Source: Acidimicrobiia bacterium
Lineage (GTDB): Bacteria > Actinomycetota > Acidimicrobiia > Spongiisociales > Spongiisociaceae
Direction of reading: 5' to 3'
Length of the DNA: 64,000 nt
Assembly (NCBI GenBank): GCA_011523635.1
Contig: WTGI01000084.1
Span: forward strand, 39,745 to 103,744
Each line of letters starts with the position of its first letter. Position 1 is the stretch's first letter. Shown piece after piece: positions 46,906-57,288 of the stretch. The position numbers were made by a program, and so were the translations under genes. The notes beneath the pieces were generated by a model. That model had not been told where the DNA came from and did not search any database. It saw only the letters and a list, made by a program, of their open reading frames with translations.

Positions 46906-47871
46906 TCACAGCATGGTCAGAACGGTTGCCGGGTTGGTGATCATGCACTGATCGAGTACCTCCGCGGGGACTCCTTCCTCCAGAGCCGTCCGGCGGAACC
47001 CGTCCGCCAGCACCACCAGACCCGGTCCGCCCCGGACCTGCAGATGCCGCTGCATACCGAAGTCGCTGGCGAGGATCACCCGGCCGGCCAGGCCATCCTC
47101 CGCCAGCTGGAGCAGCTTGCGGGCGCGTACGATGTCGGTGGTCATCTGGACCTTGAGCCTCTCGGTGTAGTACTCGTAGCCGATGTCGTCGAACTGCGCC
47201 CAAGGCCCCCGTTTGATGATCTCGCGGATCAGGTCGAGGTCGGGCTCGCCGTCGTCAAGATGTCCGATGACTATCCGCTCGGGGGCCAAACCAACCGACG
47301 TGAGTACCTCGATCTGGTCCAGGGCGTTGAGACCGAGGTGGGTGTGGGTGGTGACCGCCACTCCGGTCTCCATGGCGGCCATGGCCGAGGCCCTGAACAC
47401 GACCTTCTCGCGTTCGGTCATCGGGCCGGTGAAGGTGCCCTGCTCCCCGATGATGCCGGCGCGCACACCGGTGCCGTCCACTCCCTCCGTGATGTCCCGG
47501 ACCAGCATCTCGGCGATCTCCGAGTCATCCAGCCCGGCGATCGACCGGGGGTGGTGGGCGTCGTGATAGATGCCCGTGCCCATCACGATGTGCATCCCGG
47601 TCTGCTCGGAGGCCCGCACGAGGGCCGCTGGGTCCCGTCCCATGCCTGCCGGGGTCAGATCGACCAGACAGAACCCGCCGGCGCGGGCGAAGTCCTCCAC
47701 CTCGGGGAGGCTGTCGTCGAGGGTCATGGTGAGCTCGGCCGCGTCCGTGGTGTCGAAGGGGGGCTTGGAGGTGTCGGGCACGCCGACCAGGTGGGCATGA
47801 GCGTTGGTTATTCCCCAGGGCTCGGGCGGTACGTCGCCCAGCACCGTTCGTATCAGGCCCGTTCCGGTCAC
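46906..47871 (-). CDS. PTE-family hydrolase, copy 4 (tandem paralog of copy 3)
   Basis: TVLGDV...WGITNAHAH, GVRAGIIGEQG, TTHT, GHLD, ASD, NPATVL. Confidence 0.88.
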   Translation of the reverse strand: MTGTGLIRTVLGDVPPEPWGITNAHAHLVGVPDTSKPPFDTTDAAELTMTLDDSLPEVEDFARAGGFCLVDLTPAGMGRDPAALVRASEQTGMHIVMGTGIYHDAHHPRSIAGLDDSEIAEMLVRDITEGVDGTGVRAGIIGEQGTFTGPMTEREKVVFRASAMAAMETGVAVTTHTHLGLNALDQIEVLTSVGLAPERIVIGHLDDGEPDLDLIREIIKRGPWAQFDDIGYEYYTERLKVQMTTDIVRARKLLQLAEDGLAGRVILASDFGMQRHLQVRGGPGLVVLADGFRRTALEEGVPAEVLDQCMITNPATVLTML

Positions 47872-47911
47872 TCCGTCATCCTCCCCGGTCGGTCCGTATG
47901 CGCACGGGAAG

Positions 47912-49714
47912 TCAGCCGGTTCGACCCTTCTCGGTACCCGCCGCCAGTATGTCGTTCACGTCCCAATGACCTGACCCGATGATGCGGGGATAGGGTGTCA
48001 CCGGCAGTTCCAGTACCCAGGTGCCGCGTTCCTCCAAGGCCTTGGACAGAAGCCCGGGGAAGTCATCCGGGTCCGTCACCCGCTCCGCACGGGCGCCGAA
48101 GGAGCGGGCGAACGCCACATAGTCGAGATCGTAGGAAACACCTTCGGGGTCCTTGAAATAGGTGCCGGCGTCCCGCCCGTAGTGTTTGTTCTGGTACAGG
48201 GCGATCGACGCGTAACCCGTGTTGTTGGCTACCAGCCAAACGGCGTCGATGCCCGCTGTCACCGCGGTGGGGAGCGCCGCGAGGCATGCCATCACCGCTC
48301 CGTCGCCCACCAGGGCTACCACCGGCACGTCCGGGCGGGCCCGCCGCACACCTATCGGAGCGGCCACTTCCTGGCCCATGGTCCCGAACCCGCTGGCCAC
48401 GATCTGGGTGCCCTCATTCAGGAACGGGTAGTGCTGCCCGATGGCATGACGGATTCCCACCCCCGTGATCAGGATCGTGTCGGATGGCAGCAGTTCGCGC
48501 AGCAGGGTTCCCAGGTAGGCCGGTTCGTACGGGAAGCTGGGAGCGGTGCGGACCTCATGGAGGTCGTCCGCCCAGGTCTGCTTCTCTCCGGCCAACTCCT
48601 CACGCCAGCCATGCCACGGGTCTGCGCCGTTCATACGGTCTTCCAGCGCGGCGGCCAGTTCTTCAAGGGAGCGGCGGGCGTCACCGACCAGGCCGACGTC
48701 GGTGGGGTAGATCTTGCCGATCTGGTTGGGGTCTATGTCGATATGGATCAACTTGGCGGGCGGGATGGGGGTGAAGTACTCCGGCCTCCAGTTGTTGCAA
48801 TCCATCTCCGGGAACCTGGTGCCGACCGCCACCAGCAGGTCGGCCCTTCTCGCCGCGTTGTTGCCCGGCCTGGTCCCCACGACACCCGTATAGCCGATCG
48901 AGAGCGGGTGGTCCTCGGCAATGGCGCCCTGCCCGCTCATGGTTGTGGCGACCGGCAGCCCGAAGTCATCGGCGAGGCGGGTCACCGCCGCGGAGGCCCG
49001 CGAGATGATGGCGCCGCCCCCGGCGAATACGAGCGGGCGTTCGGCTCGTGCGATCAGATCGGCGGCCCGTTCCATCTCGGTGGAGTCGGGACCGCTGCGG
49101 CCGGGCCGGGTGGGTCGGAGCCTGGCAACCGAAGGCTCAACCCATGCCGAGAAGAAGTCGAGCGGGACCTGCAGGACGACCGGGCCCGGACACCCCGCCA
49201 GCGCGTAGCGCACCGCCCGGTGGAACTGGTTGGCGAGTTCGGCGGCGCCGGCTGCCTGGATGATCCGTTTGGTGAGAGGGCGGGCGATGTCGATCTGGGC
49301 GTTGTCGATCGAGTAGGAGAGTTCCTGGAGGGGCTCCTTCCCCACGTAGGCGCTCGGCATCCCCCCGGCTATCACCACCATGGCCGACGAGTCGAGCATG
49401 GCGTCCCCGAGTCCGGTCATCAGGTTCGTGAAACCCGGTCCCACCGTGGTCGTGACGACCGAGATGCGTCCGCCAGCCCGGAAATAGGCGTCGGCGGCGT
49501 GGGCGGCCACCTGCTCGTGGAACACGGTGACGTAGTTGATCGTGTCGCTGTCGGCCAGGGCGTCCACGAATGCGAGATTGCCGTGACCCACCAGCCCGAA
49601 GACCGTGTCGATCCCCTCAAGTTCCAGGGCACGCACGAGCGATGCTGCGCCGGTTATCTGAGTCGGATCGCCCGTAAGTCCACCCCTGTAGGTGAGCGGA
49701 TTGTACACGTGCAC
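47912..49714 (-). CDS. ThDP-dependent enzyme (GHGN-type acetolactate synthase/IolD-like branch)
   Basis: VFGLVGHGN, HEQVAAHAADAYFR, VGPGFTN, SGFGTMG, GDGA...NN.GYASI. Confidence 0.88.
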   Translation of the reverse strand: MHVYNPLTYRGGLTGDPTQITGAASLVRALELEGIDTVFGLVGHGNLAFVDALADSDTINYVTVFHEQVAAHAADAYFRAGGRISVVTTTVGPGFTNLMTGLGDAMLDSSAMVVIAGGMPSAYVGKEPLQELSYSIDNAQIDIARPLTKRIIQAAGAAELANQFHRAVRYALAGCPGPVVLQVPLDFFSAWVEPSVARLRPTRPGRSGPDSTEMERAADLIARAERPLVFAGGGAIISRASAAVTRLADDFGLPVATTMSGQGAIAEDHPLSIGYTGVVGTRPGNNAARRADLLVAVGTRFPEMDCNNWRPEYFTPIPPAKLIHIDIDPNQIGKIYPTDVGLVGDARRSLEELAAALEDRMNGADPWHGWREELAGEKQTWADDLHEVRTAPSFPYEPAYLGTLLRELLPSDTILITGVGIRHAIGQHYPFLNEGTQIVASGFGTMGQEVAAPIGVRRARPDVPVVALVGDGAVMACLAALPTAVTAGIDAVWLVANNTGYASIALYQNKHYGRDAGTYFKDPEGVSYDLDYVAFARSFGARAERVTDPDDFPGLLSKALEERGTWVLELPVTPYPRIIGSGHWDVNDILAAGTEKGRTG

Positions 49715-49785
49715 CGTCCTGCGGCCGGTGCCGCTCTGGCAGGTGAGGACACGGGACGATGGCCGTCAAGGCCGAAGCCGGTAAG

Positions 49786-49801
49786 CCACTTGGACAAGTG
49801 G
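49786..49801. promoter_or_regulatory. Palindromic candidate operator
   Basis: CCACTTG-GA-CAAGTGG in an AT-richer intergenic stretch upstream of the ThDP-PTE-PTE-ThDP-aminotransferase run. Confidence 0.4.
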
Positions 49802-49863
49802 TATCAGCTGTTTGAGAGCAGTTATATCTCGCTCTGGATGGTGGTTCCGCGTGCGGGCCGAGG

Positions 49864-50796
49864 TCAGACCGCGCCTGCGGAGCGGGCGACCTCGGGGTCC
49901 ATCACGTCGCGGACCGCGTCGCCCAGGTTGTTGAAGGCCAGGATGAGCAGGGTGATCACCAGAGCGGGGGAAATGGCCATCCACGGGGCGAGGGTCAGGA
50001 AGTCGACCGAGTTGGCGAGCATCCTCCCGAGATCGGCGGTGGGAGGCTCGAAGCCGAAACCGAGGAAGCTCAGGGCGGTCTGTACCAGCAGCCCGGTGGA
50101 CAGGCTGAGCACGCACATCACGAACAGGGGAGAGCTGATGCCCGGCAGGATGTGTCGGGTGACGAGGGCCAGCGGCTTGGTGCCCGATAGGCGGGCGGCA
50201 TCGACGTAGGGGAGGCCGCGGACCTCCAGGGTGGAACCGCGGGCGATGCGGGTGAAGCGGGGGAGGTATATGACTCCGATGGCCAGGATCATGTTGCGCG
50301 AGCCGCCTCCGAACACGCCGACGATGAGGATGGCGGTGAGCAGGCCCGGCATGGCCAGCAGCACGTCGGTTCCCGCCATCAGGAGCCTCTCCAGCCATCC
50401 CCGGCGGTATCCGGCCAGGATGCCGATGGCGCTCCCGGCGGTCACGGCCAGGATGACCGCGCCGAGGGGGACCCAGATGACCACCGGGATGGCGCTCACC
50501 ACCCGGGCGGCCAGGTCCCTGCCGAGTTGGTCGGTCCCGAACCAGTGCCGGGCGGACGGTCCCTGGAGGGAATCGGCCGGGTTGATCTGGATGGGATCCC
50601 AGTGGATCACCAGCGGTCCGGCGATGGCGAGGATCAGCACGGGGGCGATCAGCAGAAGGCCGAACCTCCCGGAGGGATGCCTGGCCACGGCACGGAGTTG
50701 GTGCCAGAAACGAGCGTTGCGGATCCCGGGGACTTCCCCGGCTCCCCGCCTCTCTACCGTCGAGAGAGCGTCCGGCAGCGAGCGCGGTGTGGTCAT
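49864..50796 (-). CDS. Opp/Dpp ABC permease (OppC-like)
   Basis: HWFGTDQLGRD, PYVDAARLSG, HILP, LSFLGFG..PP..DLG. Confidence 0.93.
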   Translation of the reverse strand: MTTPRSLPDALSTVERRGAGEVPGIRNARFWHQLRAVARHPSGRFGLLLIAPVLILAIAGPLVIHWDPIQINPADSLQGPSARHWFGTDQLGRDLAARVVSAIPVVIWVPLGAVILAVTAGSAIGILAGYRRGWLERLLMAGTDVLLAMPGLLTAILIVGVFGGGSRNMILAIGVIYLPRFTRIARGSTLEVRGLPYVDAARLSGTKPLALVTRHILPGISSPLFVMCVLSLSTGLLVQTALSFLGFGFEPPTADLGRMLANSVDFLTLAPWMAISPALVITLLILAFNNLGDAVRDVMDPEVARSAGAV

Positions 50797-51743
50797 GTCT
50801 GTTCCCGCTGTCTCGGGTCGAGGATGGGGTAGAGGAGGTCCACGATGAAGTTCACAACGATGTAGACGCTGGCGATGACCAGCGTGGCCGCTATCACGTA
50901 CGGGAAGTCACGTTCCGCGATGCCGAGCAATACCCCGCGGCCCAGCCCGGGAAGATTGAAGATCTGTTCCACGATGATCAGACCACCGACGAGAGCGCCG
51001 AACAGCAGACCGATCAGCGTGACCACGGGTCCCAGCGAGGCGCGCAGCGCGTGGATGTACCGGACCCTGCTCTCCCTGGCGCCCTTGACACGGGCCGTGT
51101 CGACGAACGGTTCCTGCAGGCTGGCGATCATCGTGGTGCGGGTCATCTGGATGATCGAGGCGGACGTGGGCAGGGCGATAGCAAGGCACGGCAACATGAC
51201 CGACCGCAGGTTGGCGATCGGATCCTCGGTGAACGGCACGTAGAACGACGTGTAGAAGGACCTGAGGACGATCGATCCCAGCCACACGAACAGGACTCCC
51301 GATACGAAGGTCGGGACCGAGAAGAACACCAGGGAGATACCTCTCAGGACCCTGTCCACGATCGTGCCGGTGTTCACGGCGGCGTACACGCCGAGCGGGA
51401 TGCCGATGATCACCGCCAGCAGGACGCTGAGGAAGGCCACCTCCAAGGAGACCGGGAACTGCTGCCGGACATCGGCGGCGATATTGCGTTCCGTGAACAA
51501 CGAATGGCCGAAGTCGCCCCTCACCGCATTGCCCAACCATTCCCCGTACCTCACCATCAGCGGGCGGTCCAGCCCGAGACGGGCCCGCATCTCGGCCATC
51601 CGCTCGGGCGTGGCGCCCTCGATGCCGGCCATCTGCTGGGCGATGTCACCCGGGACGATGGTCCCGATCACGTAGATCAGGAACGTCAGCACGAACAGCA
51701 CGGCCACCGCCTCGGCGAATCTACGGACGGTGAAGAGGATCAT
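50793..51743 (-). CDS. Opp/Dpp ABC permease (OppB-like)
   Basis: PGD, LGLDRP, GDFGHS, FVDTARVKG, EQIFNLPGLG, DLLY..LDPR; real start ATG 51743. Confidence 0.93.
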   Translation of the reverse strand: MILFTVRRFAEAVAVLFVLTFLIYVIGTIVPGDIAQQMAGIEGATPERMAEMRARLGLDRPLMVRYGEWLGNAVRGDFGHSLFTERNIAADVRQQFPVSLEVAFLSVLLAVIIGIPLGVYAAVNTGTIVDRVLRGISLVFFSVPTFVSGVLFVWLGSIVLRSFYTSFYVPFTEDPIANLRSVMLPCLAIALPTSASIIQMTRTTMIASLQEPFVDTARVKGARESRVRYIHALRASLGPVVTLIGLLFGALVGGLIIVEQIFNLPGLGRGVLLGIAERDFPYVIAATLVIASVYIVVNFIVDLLYPILDPRQREQT

Positions 51744-52753
51744 GCCGAAGCCCCGGAAGTCCCGGCGCCGGTCGCGGCGTAGCGGCCGTCGAACTCCCCG
51801 GCGAAGTGGCAGGCGACCCGGCTGGTTGGCGATGCGCTGACCAACTCCGGCTCGGTGTCGGAGCAGAGCGGTTGGGCGATCGGGCAACGGGTGTGGAAGC
51901 GACACCCGGACGGAAGTTCGGTAGCGCTGGCCACCGGCCCGGTCAGCACTATGCGGTTGCGGCGGCGTTCCACGACCGGATCCGGCACCGGCACCGCCGA
52001 CCGCAGCGTGATGGAGTACGGGTGGACGAGCGGGCTCTTGCGGTCGTGAGCGTCTTCGAGTTCGACGATCTTGCCCAGGTACATGACCGCCACCCGGTCG
52101 CTCATGAAATCGACCGCGGCGATGTCGTGGGAGATGAACACGTAGTTCACCGCGTGGCGTTCCGCGAGGTCCTTGAGCAGGTTGAGGACCTGTGCCTGGG
52201 TCGACATGTCGAGGGAACTGACCGCCTCGTCGAGCACGATCAGCCGGGGCCGCCCGGCCAGGGCCCTGGCTATTGCCGCCCGTTGCTGCTGCCCTCCGGA
52301 GAGTTGACCCGGGTACTGGTCGATCATCGAATCGGGGAGTCCCACCTGGTCGAGCAGTTCCAGAACCCGCCCGCGCATCTCGGGTTTCTTCATCCCCTCG
52401 TTCCGGAGCGGCTCGGCGATGCTCCAGCCGATCCGCTTCCAAGGATTGAGGGATCCGGCCGCGTCCTGGTACACCATCTGGAAACCGTCGGCTCGAGCGT
52501 TGGCTCCAGGACGCTGGTGGAGCGACCGCTTCTCACCCCGCACCACCACGTCGCCCGAAGTGGGTCGCTGCAACCCGACGATCACCCGACCCAGGGTGGT
52601 CTTCCCGCAGCCCGACTCGCCGACGATGCCGAGCACTTCGCCCTCATTGATGGTCAGGTCCACGCCGTCGACGGCGCGCACGATCCCGCCAGCCCGTCCG
52701 CGCCTGCGAAGCCGGAAGTGAACCGAGACGCCTTCGAGCCTGAGTAGGGCCAT
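51740..52753 (-). CDS. Opp/Dpp ABC ATPase (OppF-like)
   Basis: GESGCGKTT, LSGGQQQR, LDEAVSSLD, GCRFHTRCP. Confidence 0.94.
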   Translation of the reverse strand: MALLRLEGVSVHFRLRRRGRAGGIVRAVDGVDLTINEGEVLGIVGESGCGKTTLGRVIVGLQRPTSGDVVVRGEKRSLHQRPGANARADGFQMVYQDAAGSLNPWKRIGWSIAEPLRNEGMKKPEMRGRVLELLDQVGLPDSMIDQYPGQLSGGQQQRAAIARALAGRPRLIVLDEAVSSLDMSTQAQVLNLLKDLAERHAVNYVFISHDIAAVDFMSDRVAVMYLGKIVELEDAHDRKSPLVHPYSITLRSAVPVPDPVVERRRNRIVLTGPVASATELPSGCRFHTRCPIAQPLCSDTEPELVSASPTSRVACHFAGEFDGRYAATGAGTSGASA

Positions 52754-52761
52754 CCCGGCGC

Positions 52762-53814
<1,053 letters not shown>

Positions 53815-53831
53815 TCAAAGGCGATGGCCGG

Positions 53832-53862
53832 GGCCGGGTGGGCCGTTGCAACCCACCCGGCC
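53832..53862 (-). terminator. Stem-loop after the solute-binding protein gene
   Basis: GGCCGGGTGGG...CCCACCCGGCC 11-bp inverted repeat. Confidence 0.6.
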
Positions 53863-53874
53863 GCTGATTGCGAG

Positions 53875-55767
53875 TTATCCAGCCGGAACCAGCGAGAGGT
53901 ACAGAACCCGCTTGTCGCCGGTGATGTAGGTACCCAGGTCCGCGTTGGCGAGCAGATCGTTGTGGTACACGTGCGACGCGTTGGCGTAGACGGTGCCCGT
54001 GTAGGGGTACACGTTCTCGGCCTCGAGCCTCTGGATCCGCTGGAAGATCTCGGGCCGCTCCTCCTGGGAGGCCGCCGCCAGGGCGTCCAGTTCGGGGATC
54101 AGCTCGGGAAGGATCTCCTCCGGGGGAGCCTGCCAGCCGGTCCTGGGCAGGACGTACCGGTAGGGGTTGGAGTACCAGCCCTGGTCCGTGGCCGACAGGT
54201 CATAGTCCGCGTTGATCAGCTTCGGTATCCAGACCGCCTGCTCCACCGGATTGAGGGTCACGTTGATCCCGGCTTCCGCCCAGGAGGCCTGGAGGACCTC
54301 GAAGAACACGTCCTCGTAGGGGACCCGGGTCGGGTAGGTGAACACGAGGTCGACGCCGTCCGTGTATCCCGCGTCGGCCAGGATCTGCTTGGCCGCCTCG
54401 ACATCCCGCTGGTAGTTGGGTAGGTCGTCGGGTCCCAGGCCGTACGCGACCGACGGATGGGAAGTCGACCACGGGAACGCCTCGCCGAGGAAGGCGATGT
54501 CTACGAGAGCCTGGCGATCCATGGAGAGCCACAGTGCCTTGACCACGGCCTCGTCACGGGTCGCGCCCACCCGGCTGGCATGGATCCAGAAGGTGCGGGA
54601 CGCCGTGTCCACGATCGTGAAGTCCGCCTCGTCCCTCAGGGTCCGAGCCGTCGCGGTGGCGGTGGGATGGATCAGCGCCACCTCCTTGGCGCGGAGCGCG
54701 GCCACCATCGAAGCGTCCTCCTTGATGATCCTCACCCGGATGCGGTCATAGGACGGTAGGACCGAGGGGTCCCAGTAGTCACGGTTGACGTCCAGCACCA
54801 ACTCCGAGCCGGGCACGTAGGACACGAACGTGTAGGGACCGGTCCCGACGGGCGTCGTCCCGTGGGCGGGCGCCGTGGACGTGAGGATCGACGAGAAACC
54901 CAGTCCGGTGGTGTCCGCGATGTTGAGGAGGAACGCGGTGGAAGGCTGCTTCAACTGGTAGACGACCGTGTAGTCGTCGACCGCAGTGACGCTCTCCAGG
55001 TTCTGGGCCCGCTGCTGCACCATCGGGATTCCCTGGCTCACGGCGCGGTTGACGCTGTACACGACATCGTGCGCGGTGAAGTCGGCGCCGTTATGGAACT
55101 TGACTCCTTCCCGCAGCTTGAACGTATAGGTCATCTTGTCTTCGGAGATGGTCCACTCGGTAGCCAGGCGGGGCAGGACGTCGCCCGAGGGGCTCGTCCA
55201 CGCCAGCGTCTCGTAGATCGTCGTGAACACAGGTGCGTCGAACTCACCACCCGCCGAGTTCTTCGGGTCGAAGTTGTAGATATCGCTGTCTTCGGAGACC
55301 ACGACCTCGATGAGTTCCGGCTCTTGCATGGCCGGTGCCGTCGTGCTGGTCGCCGCGGCTGCCTCGGCCTCGGCTGCCTCCGCTGCCTTCATAGCCTCCT
55401 CAGCGGCCATCTCGGCATCACCGAGAGCCGCCTCGGCATCACCGAGAGCCGCCTCGGCCTCGGCCAGTGCTGCCTCGAGCTCGGCTTGGGCGGCGTCGTC
55501 GCCTTCCATGGCCTCGGCCGCTGCCGCCTGGGCGGCTTCCAGATCGGCCTGGGCCTGGGCCAGCGCCGCCGCGGCCGCGTCGGCTTCCTGTTGGGCCGCG
55601 GTTGCCTGTGCCGATGCGGCGTCGGCTTCCTGCTGGGCGGCGGCCGCCTGTGCCTGCGCGGCGGCCGCTTCCTCCGCGGCCGTGTCGTCCTCGGCGCCGC
55701 ATCCTGCGGCCACCAGCATGACGACGAGCAACAGCCCCAGCAATCGCCCTATTCGACTAGCTCTCAT
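53875..55767 (-). CDS. Family 5 ABC solute-binding lipoprotein with a long Ala/Glu-rich N-terminal stalk
   Basis: Lipobox AAGC; ~110 aa A/E/Q-rich segment; PRLATEW, YTFKLREGVKFHNG.DFTA.DV.YS, VGTGPY; SD GAGGAG before ATG 55767. Confidence 0.93.
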   Translation of the reverse strand: MRASRIGRLLGLLLVVMLVAAGCGAEDDTAAEEAAAAQAQAAAAQQEADAASAQATAAQQEADAAAAALAQAQADLEAAQAAAAEAMEGDDAAQAELEAALAEAEAALGDAEAALGDAEMAAEEAMKAAEAAEAEAAAATSTTAPAMQEPELIEVVVSEDSDIYNFDPKNSAGGEFDAPVFTTIYETLAWTSPSGDVLPRLATEWTISEDKMTYTFKLREGVKFHNGADFTAHDVVYSVNRAVSQGIPMVQQRAQNLESVTAVDDYTVVYQLKQPSTAFLLNIADTTGLGFSSILTSTAPAHGTTPVGTGPYTFVSYVPGSELVLDVNRDYWDPSVLPSYDRIRVRIIKEDASMVAALRAKEVALIHPTATATARTLRDEADFTIVDTASRTFWIHASRVGATRDEAVVKALWLSMDRQALVDIAFLGEAFPWSTSHPSVAYGLGPDDLPNYQRDVEAAKQILADAGYTDGVDLVFTYPTRVPYEDVFFEVLQASWAEAGINVTLNPVEQAVWIPKLINADYDLSATDQGWYSNPYRYVLPRTGWQAPPEEILPELIPELDALAAASQEERPEIFQRIQRLEAENVYPYTGTVYANASHVYHNDLLANADLGTYITGDKRVLYLSLVPAG

Positions 55768-55864
55768 GGTGTCTCCTCTCGAGTGCCTGTCCGGCCGCGG
55801 CGCGTCCAGCTGCGACCTCGTAAACATAGTGGTCCCGCCTGATGCCGTCCACAGGGACGGGGTC

Positions 55865-57220
55865 CTACTTGTATCCGGTTATCCGGAGAACCTCTCCGAC
55901 TATCTCGGTACGGCCTTGCGGACCGGGAATGGGGCGGCCCGGGGTGCCCTGCCCGGTTGACACGTACAGGGCGCCGTCGGGTGCGACCGTGATGTTGGTC
56001 GGCTGGTCGAGGCCCTCCGCCAGGACACGGGGGTCCCCTCCGCTGGCCGGATACATCGTGACTCTCCCGCTGAACCTGATGTATCCGCCGTGCAGGGCGG
56101 GGAGGTCGGCCAGGAACAGGTCGACTCCCAGATGGAACAGCTGGGCGTGGTCGGCGGCCATCTCCACCGTGAAGACGTTCCCTTCGGAGTCGGCCGCCAC
56201 GTCCACCGCCGCGGTCAGCCCGGTGACCTCGTCGGTGACCGAGCCCGTGGCCGGGTCGACCCTGACCACCTTCGCATCCGTAGGGATCAGCGGCAGGTAG
56301 CGGCCGTCGCACATCGCCTCTGGTACGAACCGGCATGCTTCGCCCTCGGCCTTGGCGACGCCGGAGAACAACGCCACCAGCACGTCGCCCGTGGTCGGGT
56401 CCACCCCCAGGCCGGCCGGGACCGCCTGCTGACCGCTGTAGAGATCCTCGAACGTGACGATGTGCCGGACGTCTCCGTTCTCCAGCCCGATCTCGATCAA
56501 CGAATTGTGGGTGCTCTGCGTCGCGTAGACGCTGCGCTGATCAGGAGCGAACCCGATCCCGGTCATGTTGGAGTTCTGGTCGATCTCGCGCAGGAGGGTC
56601 CCGTCCCCGTCCAACTCGAAGAGGATGAACGTGCCCCCGCTCTGGTCGATCCCGCCGTCCAGGGACAGCAAGACCCGCCCGTCCTCGTGGACCAGCACAT
56701 CCGTGGCCCCGCTGACCTCATCCCGACCTGTTTCGTACTTGTTGACCGAGTTGAAGCTGTACAGGTTGTCCAGCCACCGCTCGGCCTCCCCGGGATCGAG
56801 GAAGTCGCCGTCACCGTTGAGGTCCAGGAAGCGGGTGAGGCGGCCGGTCCTCAGGATCGGCGCCTCGGCGTCCTCTCCATACCCGGCTTCGGCGATCAGC
56901 AGTGCGCCCTCGCGATCGATCCCGACCCCCCGGGGATTCTCAAGATCGGTGATGACCACTTCCACTTTCAGCACCCTGGGCGCCGCGGCGGTGCTGCTCG
57001 TATCGGTGGAGTCGGTGGCGGGCAGCGGTGTTGTGGTGACTGGTGTTGTGGTGACTGGTGTTGTGGTGACTGGTGTTGTGGTGACTGGTGTTGTGGTGAC
57101 TGGTGTCGTGGTGACCGATGTGGTTGGGTCGGGTGTGGCGGGGCCGCTGCCGCATCCGGCGATCAAGAGGCAGGCGGCGAGCTGCAAGCCGATCTTCGTG
57201 AGAATCCGGAGAGGGTTCAT
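55865..57220 (-). CDS. ScyD/ScyE-like beta-propeller lipoprotein
   Basis: Lipobox IAGC, (VTTTP)n linker, L.NPRG...G.L.IAEAG, QAVP.GL, V.GLTAAVDV, GLDQPT.I...PDGALYVS, G.VLRI. Confidence 0.7.
   Translation of the reverse strand: MNPLRILTKIGLQLAACLLIAGCGSGPATPDPTTSVTTTPVTTTPVTTTPVTTTPVTTTPVTTTPLPATDSTDTSSTAAAPRVLKVEVVITDLENPRGVGIDREGALLIAEAGYGEDAEAPILRTGRLTRFLDLNGDGDFLDPGEAERWLDNLYSFNSVNKYETGRDEVSGATDVLVHEDGRVLLSLDGGIDQSGGTFILFELDGDGTLLREIDQNSNMTGIGFAPDQRSVYATQSTHNSLIEIGLENGDVRHIVTFEDLYSGQQAVPAGLGVDPTTGDVLVALFSGVAKAEGEACRFVPEAMCDGRYLPLIPTDAKVVRVDPATGSVTDEVTGLTAAVDVAADSEGNVFTVEMAADHAQLFHLGVDLFLADLPALHGGYIRFSGRVTMYPASGGDPRVLAEGLDQPTNITVAPDGALYVSTGQGTPGRPIPGPQGRTEIVGEVLRITGYK
57027..57116 (-). 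repeat. Six tandem 15-bp units encoding (VTTTP)x6
   Basis: GGTGTTGTGGTGACT x5 perfect plus one variant. Confidence 0.93.
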
Positions 57221-57288
57221 AGTGTTCGAGAATCTAACCTAAGTTGGTCACCGACCATCCACCATGCTGCCTGAAGAGAGGACGAACG

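Noticed and set aside
44219-49714. Calling the ThDP enzymes sulfoacetaldehyde acetyltransferase (Xsc) or biosynthetic IlvB
   Set aside because: N-termini do not match the Xsc pattern I recall (FGIMGSA); no pta, ilvN or ilvC neighbours; only superfamily-level calls are supportable
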